From: the human T2T-CHM13v2.0 reference genome, Homo sapiens
Length of the DNA: 64,000 bases
Assembly (NCBI RefSeq): GCF_009914755.1
Contig: NC_060929.1
Reading direction: 5' to 3' (one strand)
Shown here: piece by piece, positions 62,326 through 64,000 of the stretch
Position numbering within the stretch: the first letter of the stretch is position 1
Layout: each line of letters opens with the position of its first letter
Translations under genes and position numbers: made by a program
Notes under the pieces: generated by a model
What the model saw: only the letters and a program-made list of their open reading frames with translations
Databases searched by the model: none
What the model was told of the DNA's origin: nothing

Positions 62326-63111
62326 CAATTATTGTAGAGATCTTTCATCTCTTTGTGAGTGAGTGTGAGAATATCCCCCTGTAAGTAGCATCAGGAGGCC
62401 CAAGGAGGAGAAAGACCAAATCTGAGGCTTGATGCAGGTAACTCCCACTAGCATTAGAGGCCCAGCAAATGCCCCTTGCTCAACCCCTTGACTTAGCAGT
62501 GCTTTGTTAAAGTAAATATGTATATATGTAGGGGTGGGAGTGGGAGTATAGAACTTCCTTCCCTCTAGACTTAGGCAGAATTTTGAAGAAGAGGGGTGAA
62601 ATTCTTCTTCTCTGCACAAAGGCCTTTCCTCAGATTAGGATGCCCCAATAGGCAAACTCCATATGAAAATGACCTAATCTAGAAATTATCATTCACCAAA
62701 ATGAAAACTGACCCTGGGTCCTGTGTCAGTGAGACAGGGCGTATCTGTACATAAGTGCACCTACATGTGTGCTGTGAATACAGCTGGAGACAGACAGTGC
62801 CTTGGTAAAGAGAGCCAAGCCCTCACTCCTTGTACTCACAGGAACACATAGTGAGACTGTAGAAGAAGAGTCATTTTTATATGAAACATAGCTCTTATTC
62901 TGTATATATTTTGTGAGCGAAATATAGCATTTATTAACACCATACAAGCAGAGCAGTGGGGAGTGCTTGAGTCACAAGCTTCAGAAGGCCTCTTCCTTCT
63001 AGCACCTTCTCCTTAGACCAGCTAACCTGCCATGAGACTGTTGTGTAGCCATCTTCACCTCCTCATCTTCAGGGAAGGGGATGAAAATATCTGTGCACTG
63101 CAAATGTTAAC

Positions 63112-63118
<7 letters not shown>

Positions 63119-63162
<44 letters not shown>
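63119..63162. repeat. (AC)22 microsatellite
   Basis: Direct read; perfect tract. Confidence 0.97.
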
Positions 63163-63164
<2 letters not shown>

Positions 63165-63165
63165 A

Positions 63166-63215
63166 CAGTAGGCCCTCCATAACCTGAGGTTCCACATCTG
63201 CATATTTTACCAACT
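63166..63215. mobile_element. Tigger2-like terminal fragment
   Basis: TA followed by CAGTAGGCCCTCCATAACC..GGTTCCACATCTGCATATTTTACCAAC. Confidence 0.65.
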
Positions 63216-63217
63216 CT

Positions 63218-63345
63218 GGTCCCTGCTACTCAGGAGGCTACTTGGGGCCCCGCCCAAGGGAGGATTGCTTGAGCCTGGGAAGTCGAGGCTGCAGTGAGCT
63301 ATAATCCTGCCACTGCACTCCAGCCTAGGGGACAGAGCAAGAACT
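63218..63345 (+). mobile_element. Alu right-arm (FRAM/AluJ) fragment without A-tail
   Basis: GGAGGATTGCTTGAGCCTGGGAAGTCGAGGCTGCAGTGAGCTATAAT...GACAGAGCAAGA. Confidence 0.85.
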
Positions 63346-64000
63346 GTTTTTGATGGATTTGGGGCAGGTCTTTGAAGCTGTGTTGCCTCTTCTCAGCACT
63401 TGGTTCTCCTCTACCTCCAAAGAGGAACTTCAATCCCAGCCATTACAATGGGATGCAGCTCAGTGATTCTCTCCTACCCCATGAGGAAATAACTTGTCTA
63501 CCCATTTCAGGCACGTGTCCTTTCATTTAAACCTAAAATATTTCTGGGAAAATGACATCACAATTTCATTTGAAAACTCTCCTCAGTGTCCTGAGAGGAA
63601 GTTCTTCCAGTTGTCTACTTGCAATAGGAATCCATGTCCTTTCCCTAGGTCCTTGCTGGAAAGCGTGGGTGGACTTTATTAAGCCATTTGTCAGCGTTGA
63701 CTCCTGTCACTAGGTAATCATGATCCAGTCAGCATTTCCTCATATCCCGCCTGTCAATAATTAATCAACCTCTCTTGAGAGCTCTGAGAGCTTTGATAAG
63801 CTTAAGTGACAATATCCAGAGTCAATCTTGTCTGACTGTCAGGTCTAAGACTCGCCTCACTTCCCTTGCACTATGAGAGGCCATTACTGCTGAAATGTGT
63901 AGATATGAACTAGTTTTTCTCATTAGGAAATCTAGAAATCTGTGTTTTCAACTACTCATTCATTCTACTATCCTATCTGTGACCTGCTAACTTGTAGGAT

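Noticed and set aside
62840-62856. 17-nt minus-strand microexon (tcttcttctacag|...CCT|gtgagt)
   Set aside because: Too short, weak exonic donor context, and expected by chance in 64 kb

Overview
AT-rich, CpG-depleted primate (human or ape-like) genomic DNA dominated by interspersed repeats: Alu (FLAM, J, S, Y), L1 (PA, PB, MA-ME), L2, L3/CR1, MIR, an MLT1 LTR and hAT/Tigger DNA transposons. I find no supportable protein-coding gene; the long ORFs I can recognise are L1 ORF1/ORF2 or Alu remnants, and the rest look like chance frames. The main structures are: (1) a ~15.6 kb nested L1 stack (23.6-39.2 kb) splitting an ancient L3/CR1, with a readable insertion order; (2) three candidate L1 3' transductions, two exposed because older repeats sit inside younger ones; (3) a ~290 bp direct duplication with an exon-like cassette, bracketing a 739 bp spacer that holds an antisense exon-like cassette; (4) fold-back palindromes inside two L1s; (5) several minus-strand splice-site pairs and terminal-exon-like units that, with the + strand bias of the long L1s, hint at a minus-strand spliced non-coding transcript. 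I cannot name the locus and see no evidence of a new biological system. Subfamily calls come from remembered consensus sequences, and boundaries of old repeats are approximate.
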